Positions 17,114 through 25,158 of a DNA stretch of 41,133 bases are shown here, piece after piece. The position numbers were made by a program, and so were the translations under genes. Origin of the DNA: a virus (taxonomy: Duplodnaviria; Caudoviricetes); IMG/VR virus record IMGVR_UViG_3300020440_000028, positions 1-41,133 of that record. The stretch is one strand, 5' to 3'. The notes under the pieces were generated by a model. That model saw only the letters and a program-made list of their open reading frames with translations, was not told the origin of the DNA and made no database searches. Positions within the stretch are counted from its first letter, which is position 1; the number at the start of each line of letters is the position of its first letter.

Positions 17114-17343
17114 TTCATAAACTCGGGTTTGGGTAACGGTATACGTATCTCAGGGAGATAGGTATCTACTTTAACACAGTTTTTCTTTCCGACAATAGGA
17201 TCGTTTTGTTGACCTAACATTTCTGCGTAATGTTCGCATTGGTCCGCATTCTCAAAGTAAATACGATGGATGGCCCGTTGATCGCTCTCGATATCGGGTA
17301 CAGTTATCAGGTACAATATAAAGTAAACAATATCAGGTGTCAT
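17110..17343 (-). CDS. small exported/membrane protein with Cys pair
   Basis: Hydrophobic N-terminus, F....QC...C; promoter TTGACT-16-TAATAT at 17379-17406. Confidence 0.75.
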   Translation of the reverse strand: MTPDIVYFILYLITVPDIESDQRAIHRIYFENADQCEHYAEMLGQQNDPIVGKKNCVKVDTYLPEIRIPLPKPEFMK

Positions 17344-17402
17344 ATCTCTCTCCTATGGTAATATATATAATTTATCCCATATTATAGCCAAATTTTTTTT
17401 AG

Positions 17403-17561
17403 TCAAGGCTTAGGATCAAGTTTTTCTTTCAATTTATTATAGATTTGCCAGATAATTTTTAGCTGACCGCTGATAGTCCGTCCGCGATCCGAGCTTGTTC
17501 GCTTAATTTCTTCGTAAACTTCCTTGGGAACGAGTACCGACTTCCATTTTTCTGTGTCCAT
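17403..17561 (-). CDS. ribbon-helix-helix (Arc/CopG-like) regulator, 52 aa (not in ORF track)
   Basis: MDTEKWKSVLVPKEVYEEIKRTSSDRGRTISGQLKIIWQIYNKLKEKLDPKP; AAGGA SD; strand-helix-GRTIS-helix pattern. Confidence 0.8.
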   Translation of the reverse strand: MDTEKWKSVLVPKEVYEEIKRTSSDRGRTISGQLKIIWQIYNKLKEKLDPKP

Positions 17562-17574
17562 AAGGTGTCCTTAT

Positions 17575-17618
17575 ATATTATCTTACAAGACTATATAAGA
17601 TAATATGTAAAGATGCAA
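17575..17618 (-). promoter_or_regulatory. RHH gene promoter with palindromic operator
   Basis: TTGCAT-17-TATAGT; inverted repeat ATATTATCTTA-N10-TAAGATAATAT straddling -10. Confidence 0.78.
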
Positions 17619-17619
17619 G

Positions 17620-17980
17620 AAAAAAAGCCCCCAGATGAACCAGATCTGAGGGCCGTGAGGTTAGTTTTAGAGCTTCGTTGGCAGTTTGACTACCCGAAAG
17701 CAGTTTTTCTTCGACCAAACTCAGTTCTCACCGCTCCACTCTTTACTTTTGGCATCCAAATGGGTGTTCAAACCGTGTCCTCTCAATACACACTTTAGCA
17801 AGCAGTCACTTTTTTTGCGAAATAATTCGCTTAAGATCATTGGGTAGGTCCCAACTAGCTCTCGATCACAGAGCGCTTTTGCCGCTTCCAAAGACCTTGA
17901 ACACGTGGTCAACACACTTTGTTACATCGCGCTAAGTCTGCCTTGATGTACTTCCATGGTTTTAATGGGCGATCAGTATT
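17620..17980 (-). ncRNA. candidate ~360-nt structured ncRNA
   Basis: Promoter TTGACA-16-TATTTT (17985-18012), terminator 17620-17654, many hairpins incl. UUCG loop, no credible CDS. Confidence 0.65.
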
Positions 17981-18023
17981 ATCTAAAATAATAGCTTATA
18001 AGATATTGTCAAGCCCAAAAATT

Positions 18024-18058
18024 AAAAAAAAATAAAAAAAGCCCCGCTTGGCGGGGCT
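18024..18058 (-). terminator. intrinsic terminator of replication operon
   Basis: AGCCCCGC-caa-GCGGGGCT with long T tract. Confidence 0.92.
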
Positions 18059-18089
18059 AGGGTGGGAGGAAAGTGTTAGCAGTAAAAAA

Positions 18090-19982
18090 TTATTTAGCAG
18101 TTCCCCAATCGGGGCCAACCTCAATATCACACTTGCTCGGTATCTCTAAGTCTACCGCAGTTTCCATCATCTGAGAAATAGTTTCTGCATCTTTTATGTC
18201 TTTAACAGACATAGCTATCTCATCGTGAATCTGTATAAGCGGTATACGACCTGTTTTATATATATCAATCATAGCTTTTTTGGTCATATCAGCGGCTGAT
18301 GCCTGAATTAACCTATTCAGGGCCTTGTAGGTATACGCACGTTTGAGGCGTGTCGTATCGCCATACTCTTGCACCGCTTCGCGGTACGGGAGCGCTTTGT
18401 TCATCTCAAATGTATCGGGCTCCCACAGATCAAACCGACACTTACGTCCTAACAGGGACCGAATAGAACCGCTACTGCTCTTGTCGTTGAGTCTGTTTTG
18501 CACGCCTGTCATCAACATTTTAACAAACGGCACCCGTGTGTGGTACTGACGGACCAAGTCCTTGGCTTCGTCAAGCGTGATATCCAGTTGGTCAGACATT
18601 TTACCGACCCCCATACCGTACATCAGGCCCAAGTTTATCGTCTTTGCTTGCTTACGTGGTATCTGTGCCATTTCGGCAACCATTGTATGAAAGTCCATAT
18701 CGGGATTGTTCCGATAGCCGTGGACAAATTCTTCTACACCGTCAAGCGTGAGCCCTTTACTCTTGCCATACACATACGCATAGTGAACTAAGATCCGTGG
18801 TTCCTGTTGCGAGAAGTCAATCGCGGCCCATTTTTCGCCCTCTTCGGGGAGGAACAGAGAGCGAATCATAGGACCAAGCTCAGGATCCCGTGCGGGGATC
18901 TGCTGTAGGTTCGGGTTATTCATGGATATACGTCCTGACACGGTACCGCCGTCGTCGGATCGTATTTGATTTATATGGCTGTGTATGCGTCCATCTGAGT
19001 GACAATGCTTCATAATTGTATTAATAAAGGTCCCCGAGGTCTTGTTCAGGTTACGGGCTTGAACAATTAACTGTGGGAGTTCGTGGCTATGATCGCTCAG
19101 GAATTGTTTCGTGAACGATGGTGCGCCCTTCTCGGTCCGTGGGTATTCGATACTGAGAGACTCAAAGGCCTTCGCTATGGAGGCGGCAGCCCATATTTCG
19201 ATGTCATGCCCCACAAGTTTCTTAATGTGGCTCAGTACGTCTTTCTCGCGCTTGAGTAGCGAGTTCCGTGTGCGCTCGACCTTGTCCTGATCGACCCGTA
19301 CTCCGCGCCATGTCATGTCAATAAGGCACGGTAGTAGATCGAGCTCAAGATTAGCGATAGGCCATAGGTCTTCTTTGCCGAGTTGTCCTGACAGATAGTT
19401 CCAGAGTTCAAGTGTTAGCTCGGCGTCCCCCTCGGCATACGGTCCCACATACATTGCAGGCATCTTCCAGAGCTCGCCTTTTGGGTCCAGACCAAAGCTA
19501 CGGGCCGCTTCTACCAGATTTTTCTCGGATTTTACCTTGCCAAGGTGATCGTAGGCCAGAGCATTCAAACTATAACTAAATCGATTTTCGTCCAATAGAG
19601 CCGCAATAAGCATGGTATCGATGATTCGACCGTTGAGCGTGAATCCCATGCGCCGTATCCACCCCGCATCATACTGGGCATTGTGCATTATTTTATCGGC
19701 GGGGCTCTCAAATACTTTTTGTAGCCACTTGTTTACGATACGCTCGTCCAGATTACCCCCGTATCGGTGTCGTATGGGTATGTAACCTGACCAATCGCTG
19801 ACGGCAATGGCATATCCCACCACTTCACCGTCCCCTGTGGCCCATCCCGCCCCGAGTGTTTTGATATTTGGATCACGTGTTTCAACATCGATGGCTATTT
19901 GTTTGGCCTCGAAGATGTTAGGAAGCTCGGATGGCGGTAGCCATTCCGACTTTGGCGTATCAAACGCTAACTGCAAGGCCAT
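18090..19982 (-). CDS. polA: DNA polymerase family A (3'-5' exo + pol)
   Basis: IDVET, HNAQYD, GRISMNNPNLQQIP, DFSQQEPR, KTINLGLMYGMG, IQIHDE; start moved to MALQL. Confidence 0.96.
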   Translation of the reverse strand: MALQLAFDTPKSEWLPPSELPNIFEAKQIAIDVETRDPNIKTLGAGWATGDGEVVGYAIAVSDWSGYIPIRHRYGGNLDERIVNKWLQKVFESPADKIMHNAQYDAGWIRRMGFTLNGRIIDTMLIAALLDENRFSYSLNALAYDHLGKVKSEKNLVEAARSFGLDPKGELWKMPAMYVGPYAEGDAELTLELWNYLSGQLGKEDLWPIANLELDLLPCLIDMTWRGVRVDQDKVERTRNSLLKREKDVLSHIKKLVGHDIEIWAAASIAKAFESLSIEYPRTEKGAPSFTKQFLSDHSHELPQLIVQARNLNKTSGTFINTIMKHCHSDGRIHSHINQIRSDDGGTVSGRISMNNPNLQQIPARDPELGPMIRSLFLPEEGEKWAAIDFSQQEPRILVHYAYVYGKSKGLTLDGVEEFVHGYRNNPDMDFHTMVAEMAQIPRKQAKTINLGLMYGMGVGKMSDQLDITLDEAKDLVRQYHTRVPFVKMLMTGVQNRLNDKSSSGSIRSLLGRKCRFDLWEPDTFEMNKALPYREAVQEYGDTTRLKRAYTYKALNRLIQASAADMTKKAMIDIYKTGRIPLIQIHDEIAMSVKDIKDAETISQMMETAVDLEIPSKCDIEVGPDWGTAK

Positions 19983-20236
19983 TATTTTTCTCCTGCAAGG
20001 GCGCTGTAGCCACAGATATCGAGCCAACTGTCCTCATGGTCTGGTGTTTCTATCAGGCGGGACAGCTTGACCGCTATCATACATTGATAGACTTGCGATA
20101 CGGTTACCTCTTTCTCAAGTATAACCGACCATAGTTTTGCTATGCGTTTGTGGTTTTCGTGGGCATCGCCATAATCCTTGGCCCGTGGGCCGTTAATCAT
20201 CTTCTCGGCTTTGTCTAGTATTTGCTTCCTGTTCAT
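19982..20236 (-). CDS. DUF6378-like protein
   Basis: GPRAKDYGD...RIAKLWS...KLSR...DSWLDICGY. Confidence 0.8.
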   Translation of the reverse strand: MNRKQILDKAEKMINGPRAKDYGDAHENHKRIAKLWSVILEKEVTVSQVYQCMIAVKLSRLIETPDHEDSWLDICGYSALAGEK

Positions 20237-21753
20237 ATGCTGTAACTCCTCAATGCGTCTTCTGGCTCGATTAAATATAGATTTTTTTTAGTTCGTGTTA
20301 CACCGACATAGAATACACGGTGCAGTTCGTCAGGGTCCTGTTCCGCCGCTTTGGACGCGGCGGGGGACACATCAGTAAATAGCACGACGTTCTCTGCTTC
20401 ACCACCCTTTGATCCGTGAATCGTGGATAGTGTTATACGGGGCGTGCCATTAAACTTCTCTCCGCGACGGAGTAGAGCGGTGATGTAGGCTCTTTCGCTG
20501 TCGGGTATCTTATTCATAGCCTCATGCCATATCATATCATTGGTGGCAAAAAGGCCATGATTACGCTGTAGCGCATCAAGTGTTACGGTTTCATCGTCCA
20601 TAAGGTGCGGTATTTTTTTATAGCCCCGCTTTACACGGTTGCCGACAGACATATAGCTGTAGATGACACGGGCCACAGGGGCGGTTATCTCTCGTCCTTT
20701 ACGCATTTGTTCCCATCCGTTTACCGCTTCGCTTATCTTTTGCGATATGGATCGTTGACCGTGGTACGCAAATAAGTGACCGCGACTGCGTAAACTATCT
20801 ATAAGGCCGTGTAGGAAGTAATTAGCTTGCGCGAGTACGAGCCATGTTCCTTCGGATAAATCTATGTGCGATACATCATTGATACGTTTTATTAATCCAT
20901 CTTCGGGTCTGGGCAGATAGGTTTTTGGTACACGCTTGTGTATGCGTTTGGATATACGCGAGGCCAGAGGATGTATGTTCTGTGGTACGCGGTAGGACTG
21001 TTCAAGCACCTCATACCCCCCATTAAGTCCTATGAAGTGCTCGACATCAGCCCCCGCCCACTTGTATATAGCTTGGTCATCGTCCCCCGCACAGTAAATT
21101 TTATCAGAATATTTCTCTATTATGTGCGCCACATCCCATTGCAGCGGAGATAGGTCCTGTGCTTCGTCTATAAAGCTGACGCTTAGGTGCGGACAGAACT
21201 TGGAGCTCTCGTTAACGAATATCTCTAACATATCGGTAAAATCATATACTTTTAATCTGTTTTTGTAGCTTTGTATGGACCGTGCGACGTAGGACAGGGT
21301 CATCCAGTCTATATTACTGTCGGATTGATTATACTGCTTGCGCAGAGGTATCTTCTTCAATCGCGCTAAGTTTATGATACTAAGGTAAGGGTCTGCATTA
21401 GCGCTAGACTCAAATATATTATCGCCACCCCCGTTGTCAGGTACCAGTTTTATACCGATAGTATCGGATAGTTCTTTGTAATGCTCGTTCTGCATGACTT
21501 GCTCGGCCCGTATACCAGACAAACGCAAAGCAAAGCTGTGTAATGTACGGAACCATGGTAGTTGATTTTCATCAAGACCAAAGCGCTGACACGCACGATC
21601 CACTGCTTCATAAGCCGCTTGGCGGGTAAAGGCAAAGTATCCTATCTTTGAGGGCGGTATGCCTTGACGTAGTGCCTCGTCAACTTTATTCAGTAGGGCT
21701 GTTGTTTTCCCCGTCCCCGGAGGTCCGTATATCCTGAATATCTTTGTTTGCAT
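20233..21753 (-). CDS. UvrD/Rep-like SF1 helicase
   Basis: GPPGTGKT, IDEAQD, GDDDQAIY, QSYR, STIHGSKGGE, YVGVTR. Confidence 0.95.
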   Translation of the reverse strand: MQTKIFRIYGPPGTGKTTALLNKVDEALRQGIPPSKIGYFAFTRQAAYEAVDRACQRFGLDENQLPWFRTLHSFALRLSGIRAEQVMQNEHYKELSDTIGIKLVPDNGGGDNIFESSANADPYLSIINLARLKKIPLRKQYNQSDSNIDWMTLSYVARSIQSYKNRLKVYDFTDMLEIFVNESSKFCPHLSVSFIDEAQDLSPLQWDVAHIIEKYSDKIYCAGDDDQAIYKWAGADVEHFIGLNGGYEVLEQSYRVPQNIHPLASRISKRIHKRVPKTYLPRPEDGLIKRINDVSHIDLSEGTWLVLAQANYFLHGLIDSLRSRGHLFAYHGQRSISQKISEAVNGWEQMRKGREITAPVARVIYSYMSVGNRVKRGYKKIPHLMDDETVTLDALQRNHGLFATNDMIWHEAMNKIPDSERAYITALLRRGEKFNGTPRITLSTIHGSKGGEAENVVLFTDVSPAASKAAEQDPDELHRVFYVGVTRTKKNLYLIEPEDALRSYSI

Positions 21754-21895
21754 TCTGCTCTTCTATTTTATTAACTATTACACGCACTCTTTCGCGTGTT
21801 ACACCGTAGCGTTTACCTATGGCGGTAAGCGTCATGGCTTTTTCTTTTCGGAGTCTGTGCATCTCAAGGTTTCGTTCTTTATAAATCGAGGTCAT
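21686..21895 (-). CDS. sigma70 region-4-like HTH protein
   Basis: MTLTAIGKRYGVTRERVRVI. Confidence 0.8.
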   Translation of the reverse strand: MTSIYKERNLEMHRLRKEKAMTLTAIGKRYGVTRERVRVIVNKIEEQNANKDIQDIRTSGDGENNSPTE

Positions 21896-22127
21896 CTACT
21901 GCATCCTTTATACTGCCATACTTCTTTAAAAACAGGGGCGTCTTTTCGCCTACCCATGATCCTAATACATTATAATTAAAGAACTCAACGGCATCGTCAT
22001 ACGACATATTATCACGCCGACATAGTATGGCTATGCATTCGTCCTTATCATAGGCAAATACATCCTCCATATTAAATCGCGATGCTACGCCTAAAAATGC
22101 TTTATCAAATCCGTCTGCTTTTAACAT
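21879..22127 (-). CDS. conserved phage hypothetical protein
   Basis: ADGFDKAFLG...AVEFFNYNVLGSWVGEKTP. Confidence 0.8.
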   Translation of the reverse strand: MLKADGFDKAFLGVASRFNMEDVFAYDKDECIAILCRRDNMSYDDAVEFFNYNVLGSWVGEKTPLFLKKYGSIKDAVDDLDL

Positions 22128-23671
22128 TAAAATACCTCTTTGTTTTCGTTACCACCAAACTCAGGAGCGGATAGCTCCACCTCTACCGCATCAAACGACG
22201 GTATCTTCCATACACGCACGGGGCGTCCTTTTATCCGTATCTGTAAGCTTTCGCCACCTTTGTCCCGTAGGCGTTGGGCTATCTTGTGACTCTTATATTC
22301 AAAGAACTTGTTGCGCTTCAAGTGTGCATCAAAGTCTTTTAGTCTAAAATAAGTAGCCTTACCCTCTTCATCGGTCCATGGGCGCTTCAATAGTATCTCT
22401 TCTTTATCGTCCGCCTGTTGCATACTTTGACAAAACTCTTCCAAATGGTCATAGAACTGTCCGCTGACACTAGCGTCCTGTGATACATCAATGATGGCGC
22501 TTTCGTTTTCTTTCATCTCTTGCATCAGGGCTCCAATACGGTTTTCCCATATTATTCGAGATACAGATCGCGGCATAAAGTTGAGTTGCTCCATGCACGA
22601 TCTTTGAAATATAGCTTGGTTTAGCAAGGCTTCTGTATCCATTTCCAAGGGCTCACCGTTTACATCGACAAACCATACGGGCGGTATTGAGTTGTATTTA
22701 CGTAAGTTTGCTATGACCGCGCCTTGTACAGCCGCTCCTACACCGTGTTTTCGTGTAAGACACAAGGTTTTGTTGCAGTAAGCGTTGATGGGGGCATCGC
22801 TACATTTGTACGCATACTCCTTACGCTCAAGCTGTTTGGCCACGATGTTTACCTCGCTGAGAGGCAGAGGTGGCTCAAGATACTGCATATTATAGGTAAG
22901 TATCTCTGTTTCCCAACTGTCAGGGTACGCCTTGCGTAAGTACACGCCAAGATTAAATAATCCGTTATTACGACCGCCCTCGCCTATCTTTTTACTGGCG
23001 AGTATCTGTAGACAGGGCGGACCGTCCATCATGGGCTCCTCTTTCTTAACGTCCCCTAGCTGTAGACTAGCTACCTGTTCAGGTGTTTGCTTATACTGTT
23101 CATACAGTTCTAAAAACTCACCAAGCGTGGCGCTTGTGCCGTCGTCCTTAATGGCATACCGCAGGCCTTCTTCTGCATCAAAGTACGGTAAGTTTAGAAA
23201 GTTACCAACATCATCGCGGTCTAAGTGTAATTTTATTTGCTTTGGAAATATCTCACTACCGCCGTATCCGAGTGCGGCAGACATTTGTTGTAGCGTTGCT
23301 TGCATATCTTTGGCTTCTATCCATTCTGTAGCAAACAGAAAGCAGTGCGCTCCACCTGATTTGGAGCGACAAATGACCAAAGGCAGTTTTAGCTTACGTA
23401 TTTGTTCTATTAGTTTTTTGTGGTCAAGGGGATATTGATCCACATCAATACACCCCCAGACACATTTGTTTTCTTCGTTTATGGGTATGATACCGATACC
23501 ACGACCTTTGCCTGATATGTGACCTTCCCATAGTTCTATGGACCGTGGCTCGCGAACTATCGCGGCACGGCCCGTGCTCTTACCATTTAATTGCTTCTTG
23601 TCAATCTTGAACGTGCCGTAGGCTAGTTGCAGACCATCAAAGATTGCGGCAAATTTTTCTACTGATGACAT
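22127..23671 (-). CDS. archaeo-eukaryotic-type primase with PriCT domain
   Basis: WGCIDVD, RSKSGGAH, GNFLNLPY, PPCL, EGGRNNGLF, PPLPLSEV, Cys cluster. Confidence 0.85.
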   Translation of the reverse strand: MSSVEKFAAIFDGLQLAYGTFKIDKKQLNGKSTGRAAIVREPRSIELWEGHISGKGRGIGIIPINEENKCVWGCIDVDQYPLDHKKLIEQIRKLKLPLVICRSKSGGAHCFLFATEWIEAKDMQATLQQMSAALGYGGSEIFPKQIKLHLDRDDVGNFLNLPYFDAEEGLRYAIKDDGTSATLGEFLELYEQYKQTPEQVASLQLGDVKKEEPMMDGPPCLQILASKKIGEGGRNNGLFNLGVYLRKAYPDSWETEILTYNMQYLEPPLPLSEVNIVAKQLERKEYAYKCSDAPINAYCNKTLCLTRKHGVGAAVQGAVIANLRKYNSIPPVWFVDVNGEPLEMDTEALLNQAIFQRSCMEQLNFMPRSVSRIIWENRIGALMQEMKENESAIIDVSQDASVSGQFYDHLEEFCQSMQQADDKEEILLKRPWTDEEGKATYFRLKDFDAHLKRNKFFEYKSHKIAQRLRDKGGESLQIRIKGRPVRVWKIPSFDAVEVELSAPEFGGNENKEVF

Positions 23672-23673
23672 AA

Positions 23674-24483
23674 TTAGAACGGTATTTGATCTTTTTCGCC
23701 GCTCTTAACATCTTCATTCTCACGTTTTACTTCAACGTTGCCCGACTGGACACTCTCGGAGAATGCTTTTGCCTGTTCATATGTCGCTAAGTTTTTTGCA
23801 AACTGTGCGGGATCTTTCTTTTGAGTGTCCTCATCAAGAAGCGGTCCTTCCAGTTGCATTTCCCAACCGTGCCATGAGCCCTTGTCATTGGACTCACCAA
23901 GGGTTTTCATACGGAACTTGTACGCGAACCGTGCAAACCCATCCTTGTCACACTGCGCCATAATCATGCTGTTAAATTTGCGTGACTTTTTAAGCTGTGT
24001 AGACTTCATGGGTATGAGCGCTGTTTCGCCTTTACCATCCGCACCGATAACCAACACAAAGTGCTGATGCGTTTCCTCGATGTAATCCCCACTGCCGTCG
24101 GTGCAATACTCCTTATTGTCATCCTCTGACCGTTTTACGTCAGGACACTCTGCTCGTGTCTTGTAGACAGTAGGAGCGCCGCTACCTTGGCCTCTGGGGG
24201 CCCATCGTAGAAATTCACGCTGATAAGCAACCGGAACGACTACAATGCCCTCCTTGCCGCTGTATAGCGCTTCTGTGACACTATTATATATGTCACCCTT
24301 TTTACCATCGAGTTTGTCCATCATTGGATCAACCCCAGATAGTATCTTGATAAACGGTAAGGCAAGATCGTCTTTACCGACGTTCTCGTTACCCTTTCCC
24401 GCATCTTTTTGAAGTTGTGCAAAATCAAATGCGGCAACTTCTGTGGCTTTCTTTTCAGCCACGGCCTTGCTTGCTTCAGCCAT
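23674..24483 (-). CDS. probable ssDNA-binding protein
   Basis: DLALPFIKIL, MKSTQLKKSRKFNS, NDKGSW, acidic tail ending IPF; start MAEASK. Confidence 0.7.
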   Translation of the reverse strand: MAEASKAVAEKKATEVAAFDFAQLQKDAGKGNENVGKDDLALPFIKILSGVDPMMDKLDGKKGDIYNSVTEALYSGKEGIVVVPVAYQREFLRWAPRGQGSGAPTVYKTRAECPDVKRSEDDNKEYCTDGSGDYIEETHQHFVLVIGADGKGETALIPMKSTQLKKSRKFNSMIMAQCDKDGFARFAYKFRMKTLGESNDKGSWHGWEMQLEGPLLDEDTQKKDPAQFAKNLATYEQAKAFSESVQSGNVEVKRENEDVKSGEKDQIPF

Positions 24484-25066
24484 TCTTTGCTCCTTTCGCT
24501 TTAGTAATGACGGCTCGTTGACCAACATACGCCCCAAATAACTCCATGGGGAACTCGTCCCCATTCTCAACACGTTCTTTGACAAAAGCCCGTAGTGACA
24601 TGGGTTCGATCTTTTCGGTCTGGCTTGGGACGTAGCCTTCTTTTTCGGCAAACGCCTTGAACGAAGATGCAAGATCGTCTTCTCCGCGTCCAAACTGACA
24701 AGATACTGTGTTTTTGATAATGTCGTCATGCCCATGCTCCCTTAGCCATTCAAACGCCGCAGGACGGTTATCTACCTTAATAGATGCTCCATACTGTGGC
24801 TTTATAGTTACTTTTGATCCGTCTAGCAGAGTAAACTCCATAGAGTTAGCTTCTGTCATCAATGCGGGTAAATCTTCGTCCGTCATCTTTAACAGCTTCT
24901 TTTTCTCTTCTTTAAGCTTTTCGTCTAGTTCTTTCACAAAAGCATCTTGTTTAATAATAGCTTCGGCAAATCCAGTAAGCGTGGATAAGTCTTCATTATC
25001 TAACGTATGCTTGGAAAATAAGGAGCCTTGATTGGCATCCTCTTTAAGTTTCTTCATTATGTCCAT
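24476..25066 (-). CDS. conserved replication-module protein
   Basis: Coiled coil, AFEWLREHGHDDIIKN; AAGGA SD. Confidence 0.8.
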   Translation of the reverse strand: MDIMKKLKEDANQGSLFSKHTLDNEDLSTLTGFAEAIIKQDAFVKELDEKLKEEKKKLLKMTDEDLPALMTEANSMEFTLLDGSKVTIKPQYGASIKVDNRPAAFEWLREHGHDDIIKNTVSCQFGRGEDDLASSFKAFAEKEGYVPSQTEKIEPMSLRAFVKERVENGDEFPMELFGAYVGQRAVITKAKGAKNG

Positions 25067-25108
25067 ATATCGTCCTTTCTCTTTCGCGATTAAAAACCTT
25101 TTCAGGTC

Positions 25109-25149
25109 TTGACAATTCCATATATATGCTTATAAGTTCTTATAGTCAA
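25109..25149. promoter_or_regulatory. overlapping promoters for the divergent replication operon and SNF2 gene
   Basis: TTGACA-16-TATAAG on + and TTGACT-17-TATATA on -, with TTCCATA/GCTTATA/TTCTTATA boxes. Confidence 0.7.
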
Positions 25150-25158
25150 GAGGTAAAA

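Noticed and set aside
17721-17915. 64-aa ORF (and the 61-aa plus-strand ORF at 17613-17798)
   Set aside because: No SD, non-ATG start for the minus ORF, atypical composition; region better explained as structured RNA.
17620-17980. tmRNA, suggested by AACT-GCC-AAC-GAA resembling a resume codon (ANEALK...)
   Set aside because: No GGGG 5' end, no T-arm/CCA acceptor, and the tag frame does not end in Ala-Ala-stop.
24484-24735. N-terminal extension of the 353-aa ORF (likewise long 5' extensions at 11106, 13183, 13823, 20027, 3955)
   Set aside because: Overlap upstream genes or promoters; better SD-linked starts exist downstream.
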